From the sequence record NC_111505.1: DNA of 64,000 bases, one strand, 5' to 3'. The stretch's first letter is position 1; each line of letters begins with the position of its first letter. The translations under genes were made by a program, and so were the position numbers. The notes beneath the pieces were generated by a model that did not search any database, was not told where the DNA came from, and saw nothing but the letters and a program-made list of their open reading frames with translations. This stretch comes from a phage. Below, one piece after another: positions 47,496 to 55,762 of the stretch.

Positions 47496-47499
47496 GTTT

Positions 47500-47780
47500 C
47501 CTCCATTATCACGTGATAGGTGGATTTTATCACGGCAAATACTGATTGTCAAGTTCGCCGCAGGGTGGTATTCCCTGCGACTTGCCCAGCGTCCTAGACC
47601 AGCAAGACCCAACAAGTGGGTTACCAGAGACCCATTACCGCGCTTTGGCTCGACCTTATTACAGGTTGGCTGGGGTCACATCGTCATGTGCTGGCTGCCC
47701 CTACCATTTTAAGTGTGGTGCACTATCAAGCCCTCTAAGGGGAACTCAGCCTTCTCCGAACCCTGTTTCAAAGCATCCGG
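47500..47780 (-). ncRNA. GC-rich structured non-coding region (candidate leader or small RNA)
   Basis: Locally GC-rich relative to flanks; perfect 7-bp hairpin CGCAGGG/CCCTGCG at 47569-47589; the only ORFs here are plus-strand ORFs in the six-frame track (47431-47712, 47546-47860) that do not look coding. Confidence 0.3.
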
Positions 47781-47840
47781 AGATAAAGCCATCAAACTCA
47801 TCTTTAAATTGGATATTCATCATGATACACGAAAACAACC

Positions 47841-48083
47841 TCATTGTAAAGCACAAATAAATAAAACATACTTAATTTGTTTGTTATCGGGCTCAGGGTA
47901 GAAGTAGAAGATCTTGCTATCACCAATCTGAACACCACCATCCCAACAACATAAACCATAACCCGTATTCATACAAGCTAAGTCGTTGGCAAAATCTATT
48001 GCATCATCTAGTGCACGAAATTCACCTTCATCTTCTAAATAATCCTCATTCATGGAACGGAAAACGAGCTTAACCTTAAACAT
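47841..48083 (-). CDS. hypothetical protein (80 aa)
   Basis: ORF track. Confidence 0.3.
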   Translation of the reverse strand: MFKVKLVFRSMNEDYLEDEGEFRALDDAIDFANDLACMNTGYGLCCWDGGVQIGDSKIFYFYPEPDNKQIKYVLFICALQ

Positions 48084-48159
48084 AGCATTACCTGTAGACC
48101 TCGTAAGTTAAAATTGTATCACATCATATTGCAGATCTTATCAGGTAACATTATTTTTG

Positions 48160-48348
48160 TCAACAGATTCCGGCCTTATCCCTCCTGTCTGCGTATTCTT
48201 TAATCGCAACCTCACCTGCATTGGTAACCAGATCTTCAAAGTAATTCTCAAGCTCCTCGTCAATGTCCGGTGACCAGCTCTTTTTCCTGTCAGTGTGAAT
48301 TGCAGACCTGTTGAACTTATTACAGTTCTTTGCTACCGGATTGTTCAT
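48160..48348 (-). CDS. hypothetical protein (62 aa)
   Basis: ORF track. Confidence 0.25.
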   Translation of the reverse strand: MNNPVAKNCNKFNRSAIHTDRKKSWSPDIDEELENYFEDLVTNAGEVAIKEYADRRDKAGIC

Positions 48349-48358
48349 TAAGCTCTCC

Positions 48359-48937
48359 TCAACGTTCGTAGTAAATCTTATTCAACATTACCTCATCGTT
48401 TGCAGAAAGGATATCAAGATATGCATCACCAAATCTGCCTGCAACAACCTCTGCATGATACATCACTTCGTCAACATCGTCAAGAGTGATAACCGGATGA
48501 CCATATCTTTCTGAATATTGCCTCAGGGTGCGATGTAACGAGTCGTCATCATATGCAGACTTTTTAATATCACAAACACGACGAATGGCCTTGATGTCGA
48601 AAAAACCTGTGCGATACCACCCAAGAAAAAAGTTCCGTGTGGTGTCAACATCTACATCAATACCATCAAGAACCTTATCTACAAGATAGCTGTCATCCTT
48701 TGGACCAGCGTCCTTAGTGCGAATGTAGTTGCCATCTTTTCCAGGCGATAGCTCCTTCTCATCACCAACCTGCATGCCATCATTTGGCGGTGTTAGCCAC
48801 TTATCCGGATGCTTACGATCACGAGCGTTAGAATGATTACGCTGGAAACCTGGCTTCCACTTGAAAGTTTTCTCCATCTGTTCTTCATTCTGATAACGTT
48901 TTGCAATCTTTTCGCGGTCATCTTTGCGTGAACTCAT
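48359..48937 (-). CDS. hypothetical protein (192 aa)
   Basis: ORF track; first gene downstream of the long regulatory intergenic region. Confidence 0.35.
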   Translation of the reverse strand: MSSRKDDREKIAKRYQNEEQMEKTFKWKPGFQRNHSNARDRKHPDKWLTPPNDGMQVGDEKELSPGKDGNYIRTKDAGPKDDSYLVDKVLDGIDVDVDTTRNFFLGWYRTGFFDIKAIRRVCDIKKSAYDDDSLHRTLRQYSERYGHPVITLDDVDEVMYHAEVVAGRFGDAYLDILSANDEVMLNKIYYER

Positions 48938-49039
48938 AACTGCCTCCTCTTCAAGTTATAGAAAAACTCACTGTATCGCTTTGTAACGAGCTTTTCTATC
49001 AAACTGGTGCGATTGCCTTACTTGGTATAGTTTACGCAG

Positions 49040-49310
49040 CTGTGTGGCGATTTAGGGGCCTTCCTGTCCGTTTCCACACATAAACTTTAACCAAACTCGC
49101 GCGGGAGGCTCTCAACCGACTCCTTACGGCGCTGGCAAGCTTTCGTCGGTGGCCCACATTAGTGCTCGGCATTTGGCCTGCGCTATCGCTTCGCTCCCAC
49201 ACATGTTAACAGTCCTGCATGTATGCACTCCTGTTATTGTGTGCACTATGGAGGCCCGGCATCTCGCCCCTCGTAGGCGAGTGCCAATGAGGGGCCGACA
49301 CTACCAATAG
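49040..49310 (-). ncRNA. GC-rich structured non-coding region (candidate leader or small RNA)
   Basis: No ORF of 60 aa or more on either strand across 48938-49598; nested hairpins (CTCGCC/GGCGAG, CCCCTC/GAGGGG at 49263-49295); GC-rich island in AT-rich surroundings. Confidence 0.3.
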
Positions 49311-49440
49311 TAAGTAATAAATTTAAAACATGGTACTTAGGATCTAGTATATTCTACATAAGTTAAGTATATGTACTTTAGTACCATAAGTACTAGATCT
49401 TTTATTTTTTATTATTTAGTTATTTTAGTTATATTCTTTA
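49310..49440. promoter_or_regulatory. AT-rich segment with nested inverted repeats (candidate promoter/origin region)
   Basis: Inverted repeats such as GATCTAGTA / TACTAGATC and GGTACT / AGTACC within very AT-rich DNA between the GC-rich island and the repeat array. Confidence 0.35.
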
Positions 49441-49441
49441 T

Positions 49442-49525
49442 GTGTCCGTATCACGGACAGTTAGTGTCCGTATTACGGGCAGATGTGTCCGCGTGACGGA
49501 CAGTAGTGTCCGTATCACGGACAGT
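49442..49525. repeat. four tandem copies of a 19-bp palindromic site (operator/iteron-like)
   Basis: GTGTCCGTATCACGGACAG (49442-49460), GTGTCCGTATTACGGGCAG (49464-49482), GTGTCCGCGTGACGGACAG (49486-49504), GTGTCCGTATCACGGACAG (49507-49525); 21-22 bp period; each an inverted repeat. Confidence 0.7.
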
Positions 49526-49598
49526 TACTACCCTCTGCTCTGGGATGGACATAAAACATACGAATCCTTATAGTACAGATATTTAAGTTTTTACTGGT

Positions 49599-49949
49599 CT
49601 AACCAGTTGTTGACATTCGAATAACCTCTTCTGGTGGCAAAACTTTGGAAAATGTGCACCTTTTACCTCTCCCTTGTGTGGATATTTCAACCACTCCTGC
49701 ACATTCTAAAGTTTTAACGCACGCTGCTGCTTTTGTTTTCTTTATCCCAACATCTGCTGCAATTTTCCTTGTGCTGGGTGTGAAGCGTGAACTTCCTCCA
49801 AGCTTATACCAGTTGTGCAGGTAGCAGTATACGATCTTGTCATACAAGTCAAGAATAACAACCTCCCCAGTTGTGTCATTCAAAACTTTTGACATAGACA
49901 GTATTTCAAGGGGGACTTTAAGATATAGCAGCTTATCCCCATCTTTCAT
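49599..49949 (-). CDS. putative DNA-binding protein with helix-turn-helix (116 aa)
   Basis: Segment TRKIAADVGIKKTKAAACVKTLECAGVV resembles a winged-helix recognition region; adjacent to the repeat array. Confidence 0.35.
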   Translation of the reverse strand: MKDGDKLLYLKVPLEILSMSKVLNDTTGEVVILDLYDKIVYCYLHNWYKLGGSSRFTPSTRKIAADVGIKKTKAAACVKTLECAGVVEISTQGRGKRCTFSKVLPPEEVIRMSTTG

Positions 49950-49996
49950 ATCTCCTGATTCTCCTTGTGTGGCAATTTTCTTTAAAATAGCAGGGA

Positions 49997-50551
49997 TTAC
50001 TCACCGCTGTCAATAGCAAAACTCATTGCAATACGGTATGCCTCTTCTAATGGTAAGAGTCTCCCCCACACATCCCAACCGACATCAAACTGCCTGCCAA
50101 ACAACTGCTGTGTGGTTCCGTGAGCATGACCGAACAGTTGGACTGATCCGTGAGGCTTTCTGTTCCACTTTGCAAACTGGTAATGGCTCATACAGATCAA
50201 ATTCTTGTTGTGGCGAAGCTCGTAATAATCTACAACCTCATGACCGAACTCTTTCATAATTCTGACAGTCGTTCTTGTGTCATGGTTACCACGAACAAGA
50301 ATAATATGTCCGTTCAACATATTTAGAACATCTGGAAGCAATTTGTTGATATTCTTATCATTAGTGCACGCAATATCCCCCAAGTGAAACACAGTGTCTG
50401 CAGGTGACACAACAGAGTTCCACTTGGTGATGATTCCCGCATTCATACTGTCAAGATTGTGATCATACTGAGATCTGTGTTTTTGACATGAGTCGAACTC
50501 CATTACCCGCTGGTGGAGAAAGTGTGTGTCGCTTGTTACAAAGTATTTCAT
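49997..50551 (-). CDS. calcineurin-like metallophosphoesterase (candidate RNA 3'-end phosphatase)
   Basis: Motifs DTHF, HLGDIA, GNHD, FGHAHG; real start MKYFVTSD at 50549-50551, 7 nt after the kinase stop. Confidence 0.65.
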   Translation of the reverse strand: MKYFVTSDTHFLHQRVMEFDSCQKHRSQYDHNLDSMNAGIITKWNSVVSPADTVFHLGDIACTNDKNINKLLPDVLNMLNGHIILVRGNHDTRTTVRIMKEFGHEVVDYYELRHNKNLICMSHYQFAKWNRKPHGSVQLFGHAHGTTQQLFGRQFDVGWDVWGRLLPLEEAYRIAMSFAIDSGE

Positions 50552-50558
50552 ACATTCC

Positions 50559-50969
50559 TCATTTAAGTTTAATGCAGTTTTTAAGCTGGCGTTCCATACG
50601 ATCCACAACCCTGTCTGGAACATCATGAATGCTTTTATTACCATGGCGGTTTTCAACCACGATCACGGTATAACTATATCCATGACTGATCGCCATGTCA
50701 ATATATTCTTGCACATATTTTTCTTTTGTAAACGTATTACTTACCACGATACGGTCGTAGCCCATACGCATCATATCTTCTACGTTATCTTTGCACCATT
50801 TTGCTGCAAGTGTTACTTTACTTGCATCCCAATTGTAATTGCCGTCATCGTCGTACCAGAACATATCGTTCTCAAAATGTGGATACAGACCTTCTAAAGA
50901 TAGCGCATTTGCCAGTGTTGATTTGCCAGACCCTGGTAGACCACGCACGATATATAGCATTTTAGACAT
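50559..50969 (-). CDS. polynucleotide 5'-kinase-like P-loop protein (137 aa)
   Basis: Walker A GLPGSGKST; layout resembles T4 Pnk kinase domain (IVVSNTFT..., ...HDVPDRVV...); start ATG 50967-50969 with GGAGAG upstream. Confidence 0.6.
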   Translation of the reverse strand: MSKMLYIVRGLPGSGKSTLANALSLEGLYPHFENDMFWYDDDGNYNWDASKVTLAAKWCKDNVEDMMRMGYDRIVVSNTFTKEKYVQEYIDMAISHGYSYTVIVVENRHGNKSIHDVPDRVVDRMERQLKNCIKLK

Positions 50970-51029
50970 AGTAACTCTCCGTTTTAATTTTAATGATAGT
51001 ATACCTAACTGTTTTGTTAATTTCAAGTG

Positions 51030-51058
51030 TTGACACCAGGTTATTTGTGTGGCAGAAT
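51030..51058 (+). promoter_or_regulatory. candidate promoter for the ligase-like gene
   Basis: TTGACA 51030-51035, 17-nt spacer, weak -10 CAGAAT. Confidence 0.3.
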
Positions 51059-51087
51059 AAAGGGACAAAATGACAAATGAGGAATGT

Positions 51088-52005
51088 ATGATGAAGTATT
51101 TTAATGCAGACGACCTGGTTGACAAAGGTCTTGTAACCAGCAGATATTACCCAGATCTTGGATTAAAGATCTACAAATATGCCAGAAAAGTATTCTACAA
51201 CAATTTATGGCATTTGTCTCCGCGTTTACTAGAGTGCCGAGGCATTGTTGTCGGTAATGAAGGAAATGTTGTGGCATGGCCCTTCACAAAAGTGTTTAAT
51301 TTGGGAGAAAACTCCACCAACCTGCCTGACAATAAACTTGTGACGGCGGTAGAGAAAAAGAACGGATTCCTTGGTGTGGTATCATCTCATAAAGGTGAAC
51401 TATTGTTTTCAACAACCGGGTCTCTTGATTCTCCATATTGTAACCTTGCAAAGGAAACCATCCAGGAGCAATGTGGTAATTTAGATCTCATCAAAAAGGT
51501 TATGGGCCATGAAAACATGACATTCATGTTTGAAATTTGTCACCCTTCAGATCCGCATATTGTTCAGGAAGACCATGGCGCATATTTGATAGGTTGCAGA
51601 TATAACGATTCTGGAATAATGCTACCAGAAGCAGCTTTAGATGGGATTGCCAAATACCTTGGTGCAAAACGTCCTCACACTGTGCGTGAAATTCCGTTCA
51701 GCTATGCAAAAGAATTAGCTGCAGAAACAAGAGGTGAAGGGTATATGATTCGTAAGCCTTACTACCCTTATGATCTGCAGCTGAAGATCAAGTCTCCATA
51801 CTATTTGGCACGGAAGGCCGTAATGAGGGGTAAAGCTTGGAAGATTTGGGATGATGATATCTTTAAACGTATTGACGAAGAGTTTTACGGCATGGTAAAC
51901 TTCATTCGTAACAATTACACAGAAGATGTGTGGAACTGCCTCCTAGAGCAGGAACGCCGTGAGATACTTGACTGCTATTTCCACAACGAGGACTATATGC
52001 AATGA
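51088..52005 (+). CDS. nucleotidyltransferase-type ligase, RNA-ligase-like (start 51070, 51088 or 51091)
   Basis: Ligase motifs I (KKNG), III (FEICHP), IV (EGYMIRK), V (LKIKS); motif IV/V flavour resembles Rnl2-type RNA ligases; divergent from kinase/phosphoesterase pair. Confidence 0.5.
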   Translation: MMKYFNADDLVDKGLVTSRYYPDLGLKIYKYARKVFYNNLWHLSPRLLECRGIVVGNEGNVVAWPFTKVFNLGENSTNLPDNKLVTAVEKKNGFLGVVSSHKGELLFSTTGSLDSPYCNLAKETIQEQCGNLDLIKKVMGHENMTFMFEICHPSDPHIVQEDHGAYLIGCRYNDSGIMLPEAALDGIAKYLGAKRPHTVREIPFSYAKELAAETRGEGYMIRKPYYPYDLQLKIKSPYYLARKAVMRGKAWKIWDDDIFKRIDEEFYGMVNFIRNNYTEDVWNCLLEQERREILDCYFHNEDYMQ

Positions 52006-52352
52006 AGAAGTTGATTGTGTGGCTGGATGACTTGAGAGATCCGTCAAATTATGGGCTCCCAGATGCTCTTTGGCTAAAGAATTCCTCTGAGTTTATGGAT
52101 TTTATTAACGATAAGGGAAAGCTCTACAGGCGCGTTTCTGAGTGGCACATGGACAACGACCTTGGAGAGGTATTTGAAGGGTACGATTGCCTATCTATGC
52201 TGGAGGAAAAATTTGTATTTGGTAAGCCTCCTGTAGTTGACAACGTGAAGATTTTCGTGCATACTTCTAACCCATCAGCTGCTCGTAAATTCATGCTTGC
52301 TGCTGACTCGTTTAAAAAGTTTGGAATAGAGATTAAACAAAACATCTACTGA
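52002..52352 (+). CDS. hypothetical protein with receiver/Rossmann-like residue pattern (116 aa)
   Basis: ORF track; start overlaps ligase stop (ATGA); pattern LIVWLDD ... D ... VHTSNP; no confident family. Confidence 0.3.
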   Translation: MKKLIVWLDDLRDPSNYGLPDALWLKNSSEFMDFINDKGKLYRRVSEWHMDNDLGEVFEGYDCLSMLEEKFVFGKPPVVDNVKIFVHTSNPSAARKFMLAADSFKKFGIEIKQNIY

Positions 52353-52360
52353 GGACACTT

Positions 52361-53122
52361 ATGCGACGACTGATCATTATCTCCGGTGCTGGTTTGAGCG
52401 CTGAATCTGGTATCCCAACTTTCCGATCTGGTGGCACTGCAATGTGGGAGAATTTCAGCATCGATGAGGTGTGTAACATCCACACCTTTGCCAAGAACTA
52501 CTATAAGGTTCATGACTTTTACAATGCACGGCGTGTAGCTCTTGGCAGTGTTGATCCTAACCTTGCACATCTCCGGATCGCTGAGTGGTATTCCCGCTGG
52601 TCTGGTCGTGTGATTAACCTGACCACCAATGTAGATGATTTGCTGGAGCGTGCTGGTGTAAAACATGAAGATATTTTACATGTCCACGGATATTTGCCAG
52701 AAATAGTCTACGAGGATGATGAAGGGAGTAACGTCATTAAAGACATTGGATACTCTGAGGTAGATGCAAGCAAGTATACTTGGGTTAAGCCTAATGTAGT
52801 GTTCTTCGGAGAAGTAGCTCCAAAGTATACAGACATGTATGACCTGTTGACTTCTCTGACGAGCAATGATATGGTTATCCTTGTAGGGTGCTCCAACACA
52901 GTTATCAATTTTAACTGGGAGCTATTCCCTGCCTGTAATAAGGGGACCAAACTGCTGATCGTTAACAAATACGACTCACAGCATTTAGGGGAGAATGGCA
53001 TTTCACGTAGTGACATTTACCAGTATGAGGATCGCGGCATCCCAGTTTGGTTTAACGGGGCTGTTGACGCTTTCTCTGATAAAACATTCATTGACATCGT
53101 AGAAAACTTTATGGAACTGTAA
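52361..53122 (+). CDS. Sir2-family (sirtuin-like) NAD-dependent protein
   Basis: Canonical sirtuin motifs: ISGAGLSAESGIPTFR, TTNVDDLLERAG, HVHG, VVFFGE, ILVGCS; SD GAGGA 5 nt upstream of ATG. Confidence 0.8.
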   Translation: MRRLIIISGAGLSAESGIPTFRSGGTAMWENFSIDEVCNIHTFAKNYYKVHDFYNARRVALGSVDPNLAHLRIAEWYSRWSGRVINLTTNVDDLLERAGVKHEDILHVHGYLPEIVYEDDEGSNVIKDIGYSEVDASKYTWVKPNVVFFGEVAPKYTDMYDLLTSLTSNDMVILVGCSNTVINFNWELFPACNKGTKLLIVNKYDSQHLGENGISRSDIYQYEDRGIPVWFNGAVDAFSDKTFIDIVENFMEL

Positions 53123-53136
53123 GCGGAGGCCTTTTA

Positions 53137-53850
53137 ATGCTGAATACTAAACTGATTGACAACTTGGAAAAACTGTCTCAGCCTGAAAACTACCTTTGGT
53201 CTGCCAACTGGGTGGAAAATTGGAACCGTGTAGCAGCTAAAGTGAAAAAATCATACACACCATTCGAACTTCAGCTGAGTTTCATTGAGGAAGAGTTCAA
53301 TGAAGTTTTGGAAGAGTTGGAGAAAGGTGATGGTGGGGATCATCTCCTAAAAGAGGCCTGCGATCTTCACGTTGTCACAAGTTATGCCGCTTATCTTGTT
53401 AACGATAACCATGAAAAGTGGTCAAACCTGTTTGATAATCCGCGAGGTCTTAAGTTTAAGATCGGTGAATTTTATGATACATTGATCGCTGCGAAAAATA
53501 CCTCTAAGCAAAGAGCGTCTGCTTACCGCTTAGCAGAGTTGTCAACAGCTTTGCTGTTCCAGCTTCGCGGCGATGTGTGCGGGATGATGCGTAAGGTTCT
53601 CAAATCGAATGACAGCAAGTTTGCACGGGTCAACCATCTACGGTATTCACACGGTGCCAGTGCAGATATGCCTGCTGAACAACTCATCGAGTTGGAGATT
53701 AAAGATCTTGAGCGACGCTTTGATGGTCGATATGAAGGTTTTGTTGCTAAGGAAGAATTCTACAACGGAAATAAAGTTATCATATTCCTCGACAGTAAAG
53801 GTAAGATTATGAAGCCTTCAAGCTTCAAGGATGTAACAGAATATATTTAA
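53137..53850 (+). CDS. MazG-like nucleotide pyrophosphohydrolase domain protein (237 aa)
   Basis: ExxE...ExxD-type arrangement (IEEEFNEVLEELEKGD...LLKEACDL); C-terminal half unassigned. Confidence 0.4.
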   Translation: MLNTKLIDNLEKLSQPENYLWSANWVENWNRVAAKVKKSYTPFELQLSFIEEEFNEVLEELEKGDGGDHLLKEACDLHVVTSYAAYLVNDNHEKWSNLFDNPRGLKFKIGEFYDTLIAAKNTSKQRASAYRLAELSTALLFQLRGDVCGMMRKVLKSNDSKFARVNHLRYSHGASADMPAEQLIELEIKDLERRFDGRYEGFVAKEEFYNGNKVIIFLDSKGKIMKPSSFKDVTEYI

Positions 53851-53856
53851 CAACAT

Positions 53857-53886
53857 AGCCGGGGCGATCCCGGCTTTACTTGTTTC
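53857..53886 (+). terminator. rho-independent terminator
   Basis: Hairpin AGCCGGG-GCGAT-CCCGGCT followed by TTACTTGTTT. Confidence 0.5.
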
Positions 53887-53914
53887 GGAAAGTATGCAAG
53901 TGAGGTAGAAAGTT

Positions 53915-54223
53915 ATGTACAAGCACTCCAGAGACCTTGAAAACGATGCTGTGTTTGGAGATCAGATGAAAGAATTGGTTAAACTTATAGGTAGGATAGA
54001 GGATAAGTTTGACACTAAGATCTACATCGACAGCAAAGTATTCAACCACAAAATATGGACAAATCTGTGTGTTGGACTACATGGAGATAAGGATGTGGTA
54101 AATTTAGTTGTAATTAAGTTCATAGTGTGGCAGAATAGAACCATAAGTTATTACGATCCGCACCTACTTGTTTACCCGATAAAAGATCTATTAGAGAAGG
54201 AGGACTGCAATGCCGTTATTTAA
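53915..54223 (+). CDS. hypothetical protein (102 aa)
   Basis: ORF track. Confidence 0.3.
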   Translation: MYKHSRDLENDAVFGDQMKELVKLIGRIEDKFDTKIYIDSKVFNHKIWTNLCVGLHGDKDVVNLVVIKFIVWQNRTISYYDPHLLVYPIKDLLEKEDCNAVI

Positions 54224-54479
54224 TCTTGCTAAACCTGTAGAAGCACACCAGTTTGATGGAAGCTCTTCATCAGTATCTGATCTGCAACGGTGGATTGATA
54301 CAGGTGTGTTTACATCGTCACCTGTTCGAACCAGAGATATTCTTCGCATGTGTGAGCTTGTCGAGCCGTTTGGTAACCTTGTCTTGTACCAAGGGGATTG
54401 GTTAGTTGACTTTATGGGAGACTGGTTGGTAATGAGCAAAGAAGAGATGTTTAAAATTTTTAAGGAAGAGGCTGAGTAA
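54210..54479 (+). CDS. hypothetical protein (89 aa)
   Basis: ORF track; stop overlaps ligase start (TAATG). Confidence 0.3.
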   Translation: MPLFNLAKPVEAHQFDGSSSSVSDLQRWIDTGVFTSSPVRTRDILRMCELVEPFGNLVLYQGDWLVDFMGDWLVMSKEEMFKIFKEEAE

Positions 54480-55762
54480 TGCATCAGATCAAAACAACAC
54501 TGTACGCACTGAACAAAGATGGCAGCTACCAACAGTGGAAAGTATTCACGGATGGTGATAAGGTTATCGTAGAGTTTGGCAAGCTTGATGGTAAACTGCA
54601 ATACAAAGAGACGATCTGCACACCTAAGAACGTTGGTCGTGCCAATGAAACTACAGCTGAGCAACAGGCTGAGCTGGAAGCGATCAGTAAGTGGGAAAAA
54701 CAAGTCCGTCTTGGGTATGTTGAAAATATGGAAGATTGCGAGCAGGGTGTTGACCTTTTACCCATGCTGGTGCATGACTACCTGAAGCGTGGAAAGGCAC
54801 TTAAATTACCTTGCTGGATCTTGCGTAAGTTAGATGGCCTTCGTCTACTTGTTGTTTTCCAAAATGGTGAGCCTAAATTTATTTCCCGTGGTAATAAGTC
54901 CTACCCTATTCAAGGAAAGCTTCTGGAGCAACTTCGTTCTTTCCACTTCACCACCGGTATTAAACAGCTCGACGGAGAGATCTATATTCATGGCCTGCCT
55001 CTGCAGAAAATAGTGTCTCTTGCTAAACGGTGGCGCACACAGGAAGAGATTCAGGCCGAGATCGATAAAGACTACGAGGCAGATAAAAAACGCCGTCATG
55101 CCGCAATTAAGGCAGGCTTATCAACATACAAAAACTTCAACAAGGTAGATATTCCTGTTGATGTTGAGCCTGTTCGTGATGATTTGCGTTACGGTGGGTA
55201 CTGTAGCTACGATCTAGAGTATCACATTTTTGATATTCCTAGTGACAAGGTGTGGTGGGATCCAGAAACAGAATCTGGACGCTGCAAGGATCTTATGGAT
55301 GTAGAAGATACCATTACCACTCTGATGCTTGACCATATCAAGGTTGTTGACGCAGAGCTTGCGTACACAGTTGATCATTGCGAAGAATCTGTCGGTGTAT
55401 TCATGTCCGAAGGGTATGAAGGTACTATCATGCGTAACTTCTGTGGTAAATACGAATACGGTCAGCGAACATCTGAAGCATTGAAATGGAAAAAGTTCAA
55501 CGATGCTGAGGTGAAAGTTATTGACGTTGAGAAAGATAAGAATGATGAAGGTGTTCTTATCTGTGTTGACAAGGAAGGTATTGTTGTTAAAATGAAGATG
55601 AAAGGTACGCACGAGGAGCGTAGCTATGACAGGATGCAGGAAATGATCGGCAAGTTTGTCACCTTCAAATATCAAGCAAGGACAGAAGACAACAACTACC
55701 AATTCCCTGTCGGTATCTGCGTCCGAAATGTTAACCCAGACACTTGGGAGGTGCTGGAATAA
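54479..55762 (+). CDS. ATP-dependent DNA ligase (427 aa)
   Basis: Motif I ILRKLDGLR (KxDG), motif III GEIYIHG, motif IV EGYEGTIMR, motif V LKWKKF; C-terminal OB-like region. Confidence 0.65.
   Translation: MHQIKTTLYALNKDGSYQQWKVFTDGDKVIVEFGKLDGKLQYKETICTPKNVGRANETTAEQQAELEAISKWEKQVRLGYVENMEDCEQGVDLLPMLVHDYLKRGKALKLPCWILRKLDGLRLLVVFQNGEPKFISRGNKSYPIQGKLLEQLRSFHFTTGIKQLDGEIYIHGLPLQKIVSLAKRWRTQEEIQAEIDKDYEADKKRRHAAIKAGLSTYKNFNKVDIPVDVEPVRDDLRYGGYCSYDLEYHIFDIPSDKVWWDPETESGRCKDLMDVEDTITTLMLDHIKVVDAELAYTVDHCEESVGVFMSEGYEGTIMRNFCGKYEYGQRTSEALKWKKFNDAEVKVIDVEKDKNDEGVLICVDKEGIVVKMKMKGTHEERSYDRMQEMIGKFVTFKYQARTEDNNYQFPVGICVRNVNPDTWEVLE

Noticed and set aside
47715-49256. Exact 9-mer GTGCACTAT shared by the two GC-rich islands taken as proof of homology
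   Set aside because: A single 9-mer match is expected by chance about once in a 64-kb double-stranded window; reported only as a weak hint.
49442-49525. Possible CRISPR array
   Set aside because: Only four 19-bp units, each itself palindromic, with 2-3 bp between them and no spacer-sized unique inserts or cas genes; fits operator/iteron sites instead.
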